From Paraspadella gotoi (taxonomy: Eukaryota > Animalia > Chaetognatha): 64,000 nt of DNA. The notes beneath the pieces were generated by a model, which saw nothing but the letters and a program-made list of their open reading frames with translations, did no database searches and had not been told where the DNA came from. The first letter of the stretch is position 1, and the number at the start of each line of letters is the position of its first letter. Of this stretch, positions 35,078 through 47,600 are shown one piece after another. The stretch lies in contig CM119267.1 in the NCBI GenBank assembly GCA_051294375.1, forward strand, positions 12,843,081-12,907,080. Reading direction: 5' to 3'. A program made the translations under genes and the position numbers.

Positions 35078-36075
35078 ATGCAGCAGAAAGGTTCAAGAGG
35101 GTCACGACGATCTGGACAAAGCTGGCGAGAACGTCAACGCTCCGGTACCAACGACACCTTTCGTGATCGACCGGATGACCTATTCCCGCGTCTCTACGCT
35201 CTGTATTATGAAAAGAAAGTTTTATCTTCTGAATTATTAAATAATTTTTATGACCGAGACGAAGATTTGACTACTTACAACTTGTACAAGAACTTCAGCT
35301 ATTGATGACTTTGCAATTAAAATTATCGTAAAGGCGTAAACTGAATCATCGTCATTATTCAGCTCAGACAAAACGAGAAAAACGATCCGTTCGCTGATGA
35401 AGAAGGAGAGCTTTACGGTACAAGAAAAAAATCATTATAATTTTAATTTCCTTAAGTCATATAATTTTTTTTTCGAAGACTTTGATTCGATGGATGTCTC
35501 CTTTCAAACGGGTGAGTAACAATTACGATAACAAAATTACTAGCATCATTCCCAAAACTATTGCTCACTTCCTGTAACAGCGAGCAACGATACATTTGCT
35601 GGTACCGTTGCTGTTAGGCTGGACGACGCTTGTGCCATCTCAAAGGCGACGGAGGGGCATCTGTTTAAAACTGCGGTATAAAATAGCTAATAAAATATAA
35701 AACTATGGTAGACTAAAATCCACCAACCGTTAATCCGCGGCCATTGGTGCAGGAGGCAAGTCATTCGCTTCCCAACCGAAAGGTCAGGGGTTGTTGTCCG
35801 GTGGTCGCAAAGCAGTTAAGAGGGACGGGGAGCTAAAAGTCTAAAACCCGCCTGTATCAAGGTGTTAAAGCCTGATCCGAAGCTCAGGGACTGCATATAT
35901 TGAACGGTTCCATCAATAACAATTATTTATGTCTCTTGAAAACACGATTGAAAAAAAATAATTGTTTGATAATCCCACTTTGTGTTCACTTTATGAAGCT
36001 TATCCCTTTTATTTAGATGGATAAACAAACGCAGCAGGAAGAAGAAAATCGCTTAAAGAAACGCTTCATGTGTGG
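35078..36075 (+). CDS. Possible small multi-exon gene of unknown function
   Basis: ATG-initiated GC-richer ORF followed by short blocks with splice-like borders (ttcgaag|...|gtgagt; aacag|...|gtata; atttag|atg). Reading frame not resolved and no recognisable domain. Confidence 0.3.
35704..35939 (+). mobile_element. TRIM family A solo LTR (diverged)
   Basis: TATGGTAGAC...GTCTCTTGA with TSD aaac. Confidence 0.85.
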
Positions 36076-36738
36076 TATAAAAAAAGAACTTTTTATTGGA
36101 CTTCTCGTTTTTGTCATAGTCTTTGGCCTACTAACCCTAATTATTATGGTAGTTTTATTTTCTTAAAAATATTGAAAACTTCCCGATTTTTTCTTAGTCT
36201 CGAGGTTATGAAAGTCCGGAAGTTCTTTGCGAGTTTGATCTGGAACCTGAGCAGTACGCTCAACCAATTTGATAATTTTTTTTCCCTTTTTTCATCATTA
36301 GTGTTTTAAGTTTAATGCTGCTATTAAATAACGGTTTAAATGTTTGAAAGGAACCCCCTCCTCGACCTAGCGGAGAGGGAGAAGACGTTGGGAGAGAAAC
36401 TGGACTGAAAACCGGGACCGCTGGCGCCGTAAAGTTTATAAGTTTCTTATCCACTTGGAGTCTTGATGTTAATGGGTACCTTAATAATATAATCAAAGCA
36501 TATAGATATACAATCAAATTGAATCAATAATAATAATAAACAATAATACTACTAACAATCAATAAAAATAACAGAACNNNNNNNNNNNNNNNNNNNNNNN
36601 NNACAAGTGATCGCAGAAGAAACACGGAGTAATTATATAAAAGCACAGAAGCTGTCCAAACGTCTATTTAGTCTGAAGAGTCTGACCCAAATGAGCCGAA
36701 AGTCAATATCTCTCTTAATTAATCTCTCTTAAATGGGA

Positions 36739-39700
36739 GACAAAAAGAGCATCTGGGTTACGGTCGTCTGGACTTTACATGTTCAGTTTGGGGTATACTC
36801 ATTAAGAAAAAGGGTCATTCAATTCAACTTCAAAATAAGCCAAAATGGAGTACAAATTCAGAAAGCTGAGCTCCTGGCGATTCCGAAAATGTATTCACTT
36901 TAAACATTTGATGCATTCTACCCCATTTTATATCGGTTTTAATTATAATATAAAATAAAAGAAACCTATCTGAAGAGTTGCAGGTTAAACGAAAAGGCCA
37001 ATCCATGTGATATTTTTTATGAATTTTTTATTACTGAATTAGAAAAATGTAATAGACATTTTTAAATTTCAACTTGTATCCTTGAAAATGAAACATTTTT
37101 AAACTTTAACCCTGAATTCTTTCTAACTGGAACGCATTTATCAAAATGTCTCTCTATTACATTTTTACAAATGTTTTTAAGATTGCTAATCAAATTTTTA
37201 ATTCAATAATATTGCAGTCATCTAGGCTGCAACTCTTCAAATTCAGTGTAGATTCATTGTAGCTCGAATTTCTTTACTATCTATTTAACTGAAGATTTTG
37301 TTCATGACTGGAAAACCAACAGAGTAACGAGATTAATTGTTTAATTCTCCCCTTCTAAACTAACCCATACCGTGTTTTTAACTTCTTACCTAGAATTTTT
37401 TAACAAACAGATTGAAAAAAAAATCTTTAAAAAATGTGCTTACCCATTTAACTTAACAATTTTGTTATTTACCAATTTCAAAAAAAATATTTAAAACACA
37501 ATGTTGACATATAAATAAAAACTTTTTTGGTGATTACTGGTGATTACGATGTATTTCTCGATGTATTAGCTCTAATACATCAATGATTACGTATTGTTAT
37601 GCTGAATGACCTTTCCTCTTAAGGCGGAACAAAGTAAAAACTAAGGGTTTTGTATTATAAATAACGTTAGATTGACGAGATTTAAAAAAATTAAGATTTT
37701 ATATATAGTTAATAACATAGAAGCATTTAAAGTTTATCATATTACTATAAATCAAAATTTTTTTTTTTCAAAATCAGGATTCGGGTAGAAAAAATTAATA
37801 AAAAAATATTATTACAAAATTTTTAAATTTTTTATTTATTGCTTAAATTAACAAAAACTATAAAAATTATAGTACGACGATGATGATGATAATTTTAAAA
37901 CATATCATATCATCGAAATATTGAAATACGCATTATACTTTGCATAAACAACTTTTTATGGGCTATCTGAATCCGTTTTTAAAAATAAATTTTTTACAAA
38001 ATTTATTTTCATTGCCTATGCATTGATAAATATTTAAATGCTTTAATGTTATACTGTGCTTCACTAGTTAAAAAGTGATAGGAAATATTGATTAAATATA
38101 TAATAAACAAATTAATTTTATATTACAGAACTCTTAATGATAAAAAGTGATCAATTTTAGCCCGCCTTAATATTCATACACGTTCTTATATTCAGAGTGA
38201 TACTGTATGAGTGACTACTGAATAATCTAATTTAACGTTAGTCTCTTACGTCCGGTTGACATTTAGGAAATTGGTACAACCAATATAAAAATTATCCATT
38301 CATTTAATCATTCATTCATTTATCATTCATTTATTCTACAGTAGCCATAGCCGATGAAATTTAAATGCTAATGTATACAGCGTTAAAATAATCTATCATG
38401 ACCATAGATTATGGTATTAAAATTTTTTTTTGTCAAAAATGCTTTCTTCTGAGGTACTCGCCTAATTAAATATATAATATTACTATATTGAGCAAAAAAT
38501 ATTTTTTTTAAATCTTAAAATTTTTTGATGGATTCTGATAGAGCATAAAAAGTTAAACAAGAAATATAATTACAGCTTTTAAAAATTCTTACGTTTTCTA
38601 AGTGAAAATATAAAAAAACTGATAAAATCATCGAAAGATGATGATGATGATGATTTTTTATAGTTTTTCTTATTTTTGACACACTTATCGTAAAAATATT
38701 TAAAAAAGAATCATACTTTGTGTAGACACAAAAAGAGCATCTGGGTTACGGTCGTCTGGACTTTACATGTTCAGTTTGGGGTATACTCATTAAGAAAAAG
38801 GGTCATTCAATTCAACTTCAAAATAAGCCNNNNNNNNNNNNNNNNNNNNNNNNNATAAGCCAAAATGGAGTACAAATTCAGAAAGCTGAGCTCCTGGCGA
38901 TTCCGAAAATGTATTCACTTTAAACATTTGATGCATTCTACCCCATTTTATATCGGTTTTAATTATAATATAAAATAAAAGAAACCTATCTGAAGAGTTG
39001 CAGGTTAAACGAAAAGGCCAATCCATGTGATATTTTTTATGAATTTTTTATTACTGAATTAGAAAAATGTAATAGACATTTTTAAATTTCAACTTGTATC
39101 CTTGAAAATGAAACATTTTTAAACTTTAACCCTGAATTCTTTCTAACTGGAACGCATTTATCAAAATGTCTCTCTATTACATTTTTACAAATGTTTTTAA
39201 GATTGCTAATCAAATTTTTAATTCAATAATATTGCAGTCATCTAGGCTGCAACTCTTCAAATTCAGTGTAGATTCATTGTAGCTCGAATTTCTTTACTAT
39301 CTATTTAACTGAAGATTTTGTTCATGACTGGAAAACCAACAGAGTAACGAGATTAATTGTTTAATTCTCCCCTTCTAAACTAACCCATACCGTGTTTTAA
39401 CTTCTTACCTAGAATTTTTTAACAAACAGATTGAAAAAAAAATCTTTAAAAAATGTGCTTACCCATTTAACTTAACAATTTTGTTATTTACCAATTTCAA
39501 AAAAAATTTTAAAACACAATGTTGACATATAAATAAAAACTTTTTTGGTGATTACTGGTGATTACGATGTATTTCTCGATGTATTAGCTCTAATACATCA
39601 ATGATTACGTATTGTTATGCTGAATGACCTTTCCTCTTAAGGCGGAACAAAGTAAAAACTAAGGGTTTTGTATTATAAATAACGTTAGATTACGAGATTT

Positions 39701-42417
39701 AAAAAAATTAAGATTTTATATATAGTTAATAACATAGAAGCATTTAAAGTTTATCATATTACTATAAATCAAAATTTTTTTTTTTCAAAATCAGGATTCG
39801 GGTAGAAAAAATTAATAAAAAATATTATTACAAAATTTTTAAATTTTTTATTTTATTGCTTAAATTAACAAAAACTATAAAAATTATAGTACGACGATGA
39901 TGATGATAATTTTAAAACATATCATATCATCGAAATATTGAAATACGCATTATACTTTGCATAAACAACTTTTTATGGGCTATCTGAATCCGTTTTTTAA
40001 AAATAAATTTTTTACAAAATTTATTTTCATTGCCTATGCATTGATAAATATTTAAATGCTTTAATGTTATACTGTGCTTCACTAGTTAAAAAGTGATAGG
40101 AAATATTGATTAAATATATAATAAACAAATTAATTTTATATTACAGAACTCTTAATGATAAAAAGTGATCAATTTTAGCCCGCCTTAATATTCATACACG
40201 TTCTTATATTCAGAGTGATACTGTATGAGTGACTACTGAATAATCTAATTTAACGTTAGTCTCTTACGTCCGGTTGACATTTAGGAAATTGGTACAACCA
40301 ATATAAAAATTATCCATTCATTTAATCATTCATTCATTTATCATTCATTTATTCTACAGTAGCCATAGCCGATGAAATTTAAATGCTAATGTATACAGCG
40401 TTAAAATAATCTATCATGACCATAGATTATGGTATTAAAATTTTTTTTTGTCAAAAATGCTTTCTTCTGAGGGTACTCGCCTAATTAAATATATAATATT
40501 ACTATATGAGCAAAAAATATTTTTTTTAAATCTTAAATTTTTGATGGATTCTGATAGAGCATAAAAAGTTAAACAAGAAATATAATTACAGCTTTTAAAA
40601 ATTCTTACGTTTTCTAAGTGAAAATATAAAAAAACTGATAAAATCATCGAAAGATGATGATGATGATGATTTTTTATAGTTTTTCTTATTTTTGACACAC
40701 TTATCGTAAAAATATTTAAAAAAGAATCATACTTTGTGTAGACAAAATGTTTTTAAGATTGCTAATCAAATTTTTAATTCAATAATATTGCAGTCATCTA
40801 GGCTGCAACTCTTCAAATTCAGTGTAGATTCATTGTNNNNNNNNNNNNNNNNNNNNNNNNNNNNNNNNNNNNNNNNNNNNNNNNNNNNNNNNNNNNNNNN
40901 NNNNNNNNNNNNNNNNNNNNNNNNNNNNNNNNNNNNNNNNNNNNNNNNNNNNNNNNNNNNNNNNNNNNNNNNNNNACTGAAGATTTTGTTCATGACTGGA
41001 AAACCAACAGAGTAACGAGATTAATTGTTTAATTCTCCCCTTCTAAACTAACCCATACCGTGTTTTAACTTCTTACCTAGAATTTTTTAACAAACAGATT
41101 GAAAAAAAATCTTTAAAAAATGTGCTTACCCATTTAACTTAACAATTTTGTTATTTACCAATTTAAAAAAAAATATTAAAACACAATGTTGACATATAAA
41201 TAAAAACTTTTTTGGTGATTACTGGTGATTACGATGTATTTCTCGATGTATTAGCTCTAATACATCAATGGGATTACGTATTGTTATGCTGAATGACCTT
41301 TCCTCTTAAGGCGGAACAAAGTAAAAACTAAGGGTTTTGTATTATAAATAACGTTAGATGACGAGATTTTAAAAAAATTAAGATTTTATATATAGTTAAT
41401 AACATAGAAGCATTTAAAGTTTATCATATTACTATAAATCAAAATTTTTTTTTTTCAAAATCAGGATTCGGGTAGAAAAAATTAATAAAAAAATATTATT
41501 ACAAAATTTTTAAATTTTTTTATTTTATTGCTTAAAATTAACAAAAACTATAAAAATTATAGTACGACGATGATGATGATAATTTTAAAAACATATCATA
41601 TCATCGAAATATTGAAATACGCATTATACTTTGCATAAACAACTTTTTATGGGCTATCTGAATCCGTTTTTAAAAAATAAATTTTTTACAAAATTTATTT
41701 TCATTGCCTATGCATTGATAAATATTTAAATGCTTTAATGTTATACTGTGCTTCACTAGTTAAAAAAGTGATAGGAAATATTGATTAAATATATAATAAA
41801 CAAATTAATTTTATATTACAGAACTCTTAATGATAAAAAGTGATCAATTTTAGCCCGCCTTAATATTCATACACGTTCTTATATTCAGAGTGATACTGTA
41901 TGAGTGACTACTGAATAATCTAATTTAACGTTAGTCTCTTACGTCCGGTTGACATTTAGGAAATTGGTACAACCAATATAAAAATTATCCATTCATTTAA
42001 TCATTCATTCATTTATCATTCATTTATTCTACAGTAGCCATAGCCGATGAAATTTAAATGCTAATGTATACAGCGTTAAATAATCTATCATGACCATAGA
42101 TTATGGTATTAAAATTTTTTTTGTAAAAATGCTTTCTTCTGAGGGTACTCGCCTAATTAAATATATAATATTACTATATTGAGCAAAAAATATTTTTTTT
42201 AAATCTTAAAATTTTTTGATGGATTCTGATAGAGCATAAAAAGTTAAACAAAAATATAATTACAGCTTTTAAAAATTCTTACGTTTTCTAAGTGAAAATA
42301 TAAAAAAACTGATAAAATCATCGAAAGATGATGATGATGATGATTTTTTATAGTTTTTCTTATTTTTGACACACTTATCGTAAAAATATTTAAAAAAGAA
42401 TCATACTTTGTGTAGAC
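36739..42417. repeat. Near-identical ~2-kb tandem triplication with N gaps
   Basis: Units at ~36739-38727, 38728-40743 and a partial 40744-42417. Differences are mostly homopolymer indels. Confidence 0.85.
37623..38166. mobile_element. Kolobok-like MITE (TTAA TSD), present in each triplication unit
   Basis: ttaa-GGCGG...CCGCC-ttaa with weak internal inverted symmetry. Confidence 0.55.
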
Positions 42418-42979
42418 AACTTTTTATGAGCTATCTGAATCTGGTCTTAAAATTTAAAAATTCAAAAAAAAATTTTTGGCCTTTCCTATCTATAAATAAA
42501 TATTACAAAATTAATTACTAGGGTATAGAGCCATATTAAAAATTTTTGGTCCATTGAAAGTATTCTTAAAAATGTCTAAATATTCGTTTGAGCATGTACT
42601 CACTCAAAATTTTTTGACTCACCCCATTGAGTGCGGCTACCCCTATCTACAGCGCTCTTTTGTTTTATTTGAGGTCTGGAGGATGTTATTGTCTTGAACG
42701 CCTCTAGCGACACAGCAAAGAATCTGTTTTTTCATATCATTGACTCCACGGATAAAAATTTTCATGTTCTCGTTTTTCGTCAAAGAACCTTTCAAACGAC
42801 GTCAAAGACCCCTTTATTGGTAATTGGTAAAAGAGCGTAAGTTTGTGATCGCATACATGTATTGCAACGTGTATTGCGACAGGTATTGTAACTAACAATT
42901 ACAAGATACTTTCTCCCGCGCTACCCTTCATTCGCTCATACCTCCCGTGCCATTTCCTCTTTTGCGTGCAGATGCTCGA

Positions 42980-44527
42980 ATGGAGCCTCTACCGAGCTCG
43001 GCGAACGGGACGGCGTCCGCCGATGCCATCAATAAACTTCTCGCCGTCAAATTTGGCCACGAGCCCATCGCCGGCGCCTTCCCCGTCAAACCCCCTTTCG
43101 CCAGCGCCAAACGAAGAGAATTCCGCTCCTTTCAGTCGCGTTATAACAAACTTTACGACAGCTGTACGAAAAACTCGCCCGCCCAGCAGTCCTTCTCTGG
43201 TTATTGCGGTAAATCTTCATTTTCGAGCTTTTCCACTCGACCACAAACTCAGGCAACTCCTTTCGCTACTCCGAATCAACCGGTGAAACCTTTGTCGAAC
43301 TCTGTCGCCGAAGCGCATCCCAATTCTCCACGAAAATCTTACAAATCCCCTGAAAAGAAATCGGTTCGTCGTAAAAAGGACTCTTCTCCTCGACGCTTTC
43401 CTACGTCGACGCCGGACCGGACCAAGCGATGGCGAATCGGCCCCGACCATTCTGACCCATTCTTGACCGATGATGTCGACAGTCCCGACGTTGAAACGCC
43501 CCTCGTGCCCGTTCGGAAGGCGACCCACAGCAGACCGCCAAAGAACAAACGCCCTTCTGTTATCGACAGTTTGGGACCGTCGTCCTCGTTAAAATTGCTC
43601 AATCGGATTCTCGAGAAAGGTGCCTCTGTTGAACGGCGGACCTCAAAGACGCTGGACAGCGAGAGAGCCATCTCGTCACACAAGTCTACCGCCTTGCCCA
43701 TCTCTCGCGAAGATGAACCGTTGGGTTTTTCCACGGCACTCTCCTCCAAGCCTTCGTCCGTCGTACTTGATCTCCGTATCGAGTCTTCGATTCCTCGGAG
43801 CTACTCGCGCAAGAAAGAAAAAACGCAAGGAGCTTTAATCAAGAAATCGCCTTTAGGCGATCACGAGAAATTGTCCGTCGCCGATTCGCGTCAAGCTGTT
43901 GATGAGGTTCGGTCTTACCGACGCCCCTTTCAAAACCATGTTGGAGACACAAGCTCTGCGTCTAACGACATTGATCTCGCCTTGCAAGATCGCCCGGTTT
44001 CGACGGTTTCGACGAACGTTTCCACGATCACCGTTTCCTCTATCGGAGAAAGAGACTCGTACTCTACGCAGGATCTTACTTCAATTATCGACGTCCCTGT
44101 CGTTACTCTCGACGACGATCTTTTCTCTTCGACAAGCGATGTTCTCATTTCTTCCGAAGTCGCTGGTTCGAGAAGCGATGGCACTACCGTTATCGGCGAC
44201 GCTTCTCCCCCTCTTCCTTTCGCCGTTGAAGCTCTCGATTCGTCCGCGTTCGCGGGTTTCGCGGCCGGCGATAACTCCGTCTCCGAGTGCACGGACAAGC
44301 TTTTCGCAAATTTCGTATTTTCCGATCGAGCTGATTGTCCGATATGTTTGTCTAACGGAATTGTCTCTAAACTTTTTTTTAGTTGCTTGAGTTTCAAAGA
44401 GGGAGTTTGGCTCTGCCGACGCGAGAACTGTTATTTTCCATTGGGATTGCCCCTTCATCGAATCACGGCCAAGACGGACGCACTGCCGACCGCCTCTGCA
44501 GCCGAAAAAAATCTTAATATATTCTAA
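42980..44527 (+). CDS. Intronless Ser/Pro-rich disordered protein with C-terminal USPL1-like (DUF4650-type) Cys4 motif
   Basis: GC-rich ORF, first ATG at 42980 (~515 aa). The C-terminal CPICLSNG..KL..CLSFKEGVWLCRRENCYFPLG resembles the USPL1 N-terminal motif CPACxEKG..L..YRISFQESIFLCEDLQCIYPLG. Confidence 0.75.
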   Translation: MEPLPSSANGTASADAINKLLAVKFGHEPIAGAFPVKPPFASAKRREFRSFQSRYNKLYDSCTKNSPAQQSFSGYCGKSSFSSFSTRPQTQATPFATPNQPVKPLSNSVAEAHPNSPRKSYKSPEKKSVRRKKDSSPRRFPTSTPDRTKRWRIGPDHSDPFLTDDVDSPDVETPLVPVRKATHSRPPKNKRPSVIDSLGPSSSLKLLNRILEKGASVERRTSKTLDSERAISSHKSTALPISREDEPLGFSTALSSKPSSVVLDLRIESSIPRSYSRKKEKTQGALIKKSPLGDHEKLSVADSRQAVDEVRSYRRPFQNHVGDTSSASNDIDLALQDRPVSTVSTNVSTITVSSIGERDSYSTQDLTSIIDVPVVTLDDDLFSSTSDVLISSEVAGSRSDGTTVIGDASPPLPFAVEALDSSAFAGFAAGDNSVSECTDKLFANFVFSDRADCPICLSNGIVSKLFFSCLSFKEGVWLCRRENCYFPLGLPLHRITAKTDALPTASAAEKNLNIF

Positions 44528-44695
44528 ACTTTCATCCGAACTGAGTATAAGATATCTGAATAATTATACGTTATTTTTATTAATTAACATTTTATTAAAA
44601 TTTAACGCTGTTGTTACTTCCTTTTTTTTAAAGTTGTAGTCTGAAAACATGTCGGAAGCTAGTAAACTAAGTCTTACACTGTCTCGCTTGAGATA

Positions 44696-47600
44696 ATGCG
44701 GCGGAAACGGCCGACGAATGTCTTGCAGATCCTGGACTCGCGCGAGCGTAATCTCTTCCCGTGGTCGCGAGTGAAGCATCTTAGTTACGCCAACTACCGT
44801 CTCCTGAAGGAATTGATATTATCGAAAGATGCCAAGTTTCGTGTTGTCAAAACTATTCGGTCACGCGGCGGGGGAATCTTTTATGAGCAAAGGAGGTTGT
44901 TCCAGAACGGCTACACTACTTCCTTACCATGTCACACTAATGATGGAGGTTAGCACAGAGATTCGTGTTGCAAAAATTTATTATCAAATTGATACAACCA
45001 ATATACAAATTGTCCATACATGGACAGGCTTTGGTGGTTTCAGGCCTCCATCACTCTTACAAGATAATGACTTAGCAGGTCCCTGCAAGCTTTCAAGTTT
45101 ATTCACTCCCAGAGTACCTGGCTTTCTTATCAATGAAGTGGTATAATGTTTTAAAGAATGTTTCAATTGTATGAAAAGACCACTCCCTTAAGTATTAGAT
45201 CGGGTAATACTATATTGTACTCCACCCAGCATCAAAATACAAGGAGCTGAATTTTATGAAATTGGTACAACCAATATATAAATTATCCATTTATTTAATA
45301 AATAAGCTATCTTGGGCGATCTCGGAGTTGAATACGCTCTGGAGGCTTATTGGAAAACGAAAAGAAAGATGAAAAATTAAAGTTTGTTTCTTTACGGAAA
45401 AGAAAATTTAAGACCGTAACCACAATGATATTAAAAACGTTGATAAGCTTCACGGGCGAAGGTTTCTTTTTTTTTAAATATTAATATTTTGTGGCGGTAT
45501 ATTCACACCGCCTTACGTCCACCATCCTTCAGCCAAATCCATTGGCTCAGAGGGGGAACACACCATCCCAGGCGTAGTGTTCCATCCACAGTCCTAATGA
45601 CTTCCCTCTGCGTTGGCAAAGCGGGACCGTCCTAGGGTAACCGCGCCAGTGACTGGAGGCGTCACTGAGAGTCGGAAGCCCCCAAAGCCAACAGTGAGAT
45701 GCCCCATCCCAATGGGCATCACAGGCATTAGGACTGTGGATTGAACACTACGCCTGGGATGGTGTGTTCCCCCTCTGAGCCAATGGATTTGGCTGAACGA
45801 TGGTGGACATGAGGCGGTGTGAATATACCGCCACAGGATCCCCAGGCCAAGACATCACTCTGGTTCCTCAAGCCTGAGAGGTGTCTGACAAGACAGTTAC
45901 CATAGTAAGAGAGAGAGAGCACGCAAGTTGTGGGGGCATAGGCGTTTGTCGTAGCGTACCCCAGGGCATAGGCGTTTTGTCATAGCGTACCCGAAGTTGG
46001 CAGGGCATAGGCGTTTGTCGTATCATACCCTGAGAAGGTTGCGTGATCGATAGAAGGGTTCTTCCGTTACTTTTATCTTTTTCCATTAATTCTTTAAAAA
46101 AAACTTTGCTTTTCGTTTTCCATATGCCTCCAGATATGTCTTTGGACAGGCTCTAGTGGTTTAAGGCCTCCATCATCTCAAGATAATGACATAGCAGGTC
46201 CCTTGAAGCTTTCAATCAAAACTCTCTTTCAGTCGAGTTTATTCACTCCCAGAGTACCTGGCTTCCCTATCAATGAAGTGGTATAATATATATGAAATTG
46301 GTACAACCAATATAAAAAATTATCCATTCATTTAATAAATAAGCTATCTTGCCCCTGACTTTGGACAGGCTTTGGTGGTTTATGGCCTCCATCAGCATCA
46401 CTCTTCCAAGATAATGATATAGCAGGTCCCAGCAAGCTTTCAATCAAGATTCTCTCAGTCTCGTTTATTCACTCCCAGAGTACCTGGCTTCCCTATCAAA
46501 GAAGTGGTATAATATTTCAAAGAAAATTTTTCAATTGTATGAAAAGACCACTTCCTGAAGTATTAGATCGGGGAATATTTATTGTATTCTGCACTAGCAT
46601 CAAAATATATATATAATAATAAAAATATATAATATTGATATGTCTAAAGCAGTTATACATTATTAGAATTAGAACTGTTTAAACGTTTCGGTTTTTACTT
46701 ATTTAATTCTAGTTATTTCGGGTTCATGGTACCGTGACAAGAGGACCGCTGTTAAAGATGGCGCGCTTTTCCTAATGTGCCCCGTTAACCAGATCTTAAA
46801 TGACGGCGAGGGTAAAATTCTTGTATCTTGTTTGCTATTTCAATCGAATTTCGTTTTTTTTAATATATGCATTCCAAAATCTTCAGGGAAAGCTCATTTT
46901 CGAAACTCGGTGATAGGGCTGTCCAAGCAACGTGATCGGAATGGCGCTCATAACCTAATCTTTATCGATTTTCATACCGGAAAAGATTGGCATAACGTGG
47001 AGCTTCCAATAGGCTACCTAAATAGTAAGATTTAAATATCATACTTGTTGCTAGGAGAAAAATGAATGTGACTAATTGTTAGAGATAAAATCTTTTGGAG
47101 GATACTGTACTATCTTGAAAAATGAAGTTCCCAAGGGTTAATTTTACTTTCGCCGACCAGAGTTAGGGGGGTTTAGGGTTACGGGTAGTTAAGGTTAAGA
47201 GGGGTTTTTCAAAAAACTCCTAAACCCTGGTCGGCAAAAGTAAAATTTTGACAGGTGTGTGGTTCAAATGAAAAGAATGTAATAATTTTTTTTTAAATAA
47301 TTTTTTAATAAATTATATTGGTAATATTTTACTTTCACCAACCGGGGTTTTGGTGTCTTTTGAAAAACCATTTAAAAATACTTTTTAAAAAAATATTACT
47401 TAATTACCTTAACCTTAACTACCCTTAACTGTAAACCACCCCTAAACAACCATAAACCCCCCCTTCACCTCGGTCGGCGAAAGTAAAATTAAACCATTAT
47501 AGTTATACTTAATATAACGTCTGGGTTTTTTGAACTATGCCTCATTTGATTTCAGTATTAAGGTGTTTTGTATCAATAAATATTTACTCAATACTCATAT

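Noticed and set aside
36740-37330. Coding-like minus-strand stretch in the triplicated unit
   Set aside because: Stops in the frames examined and no recognisable domain; cannot be supported as a CDS.
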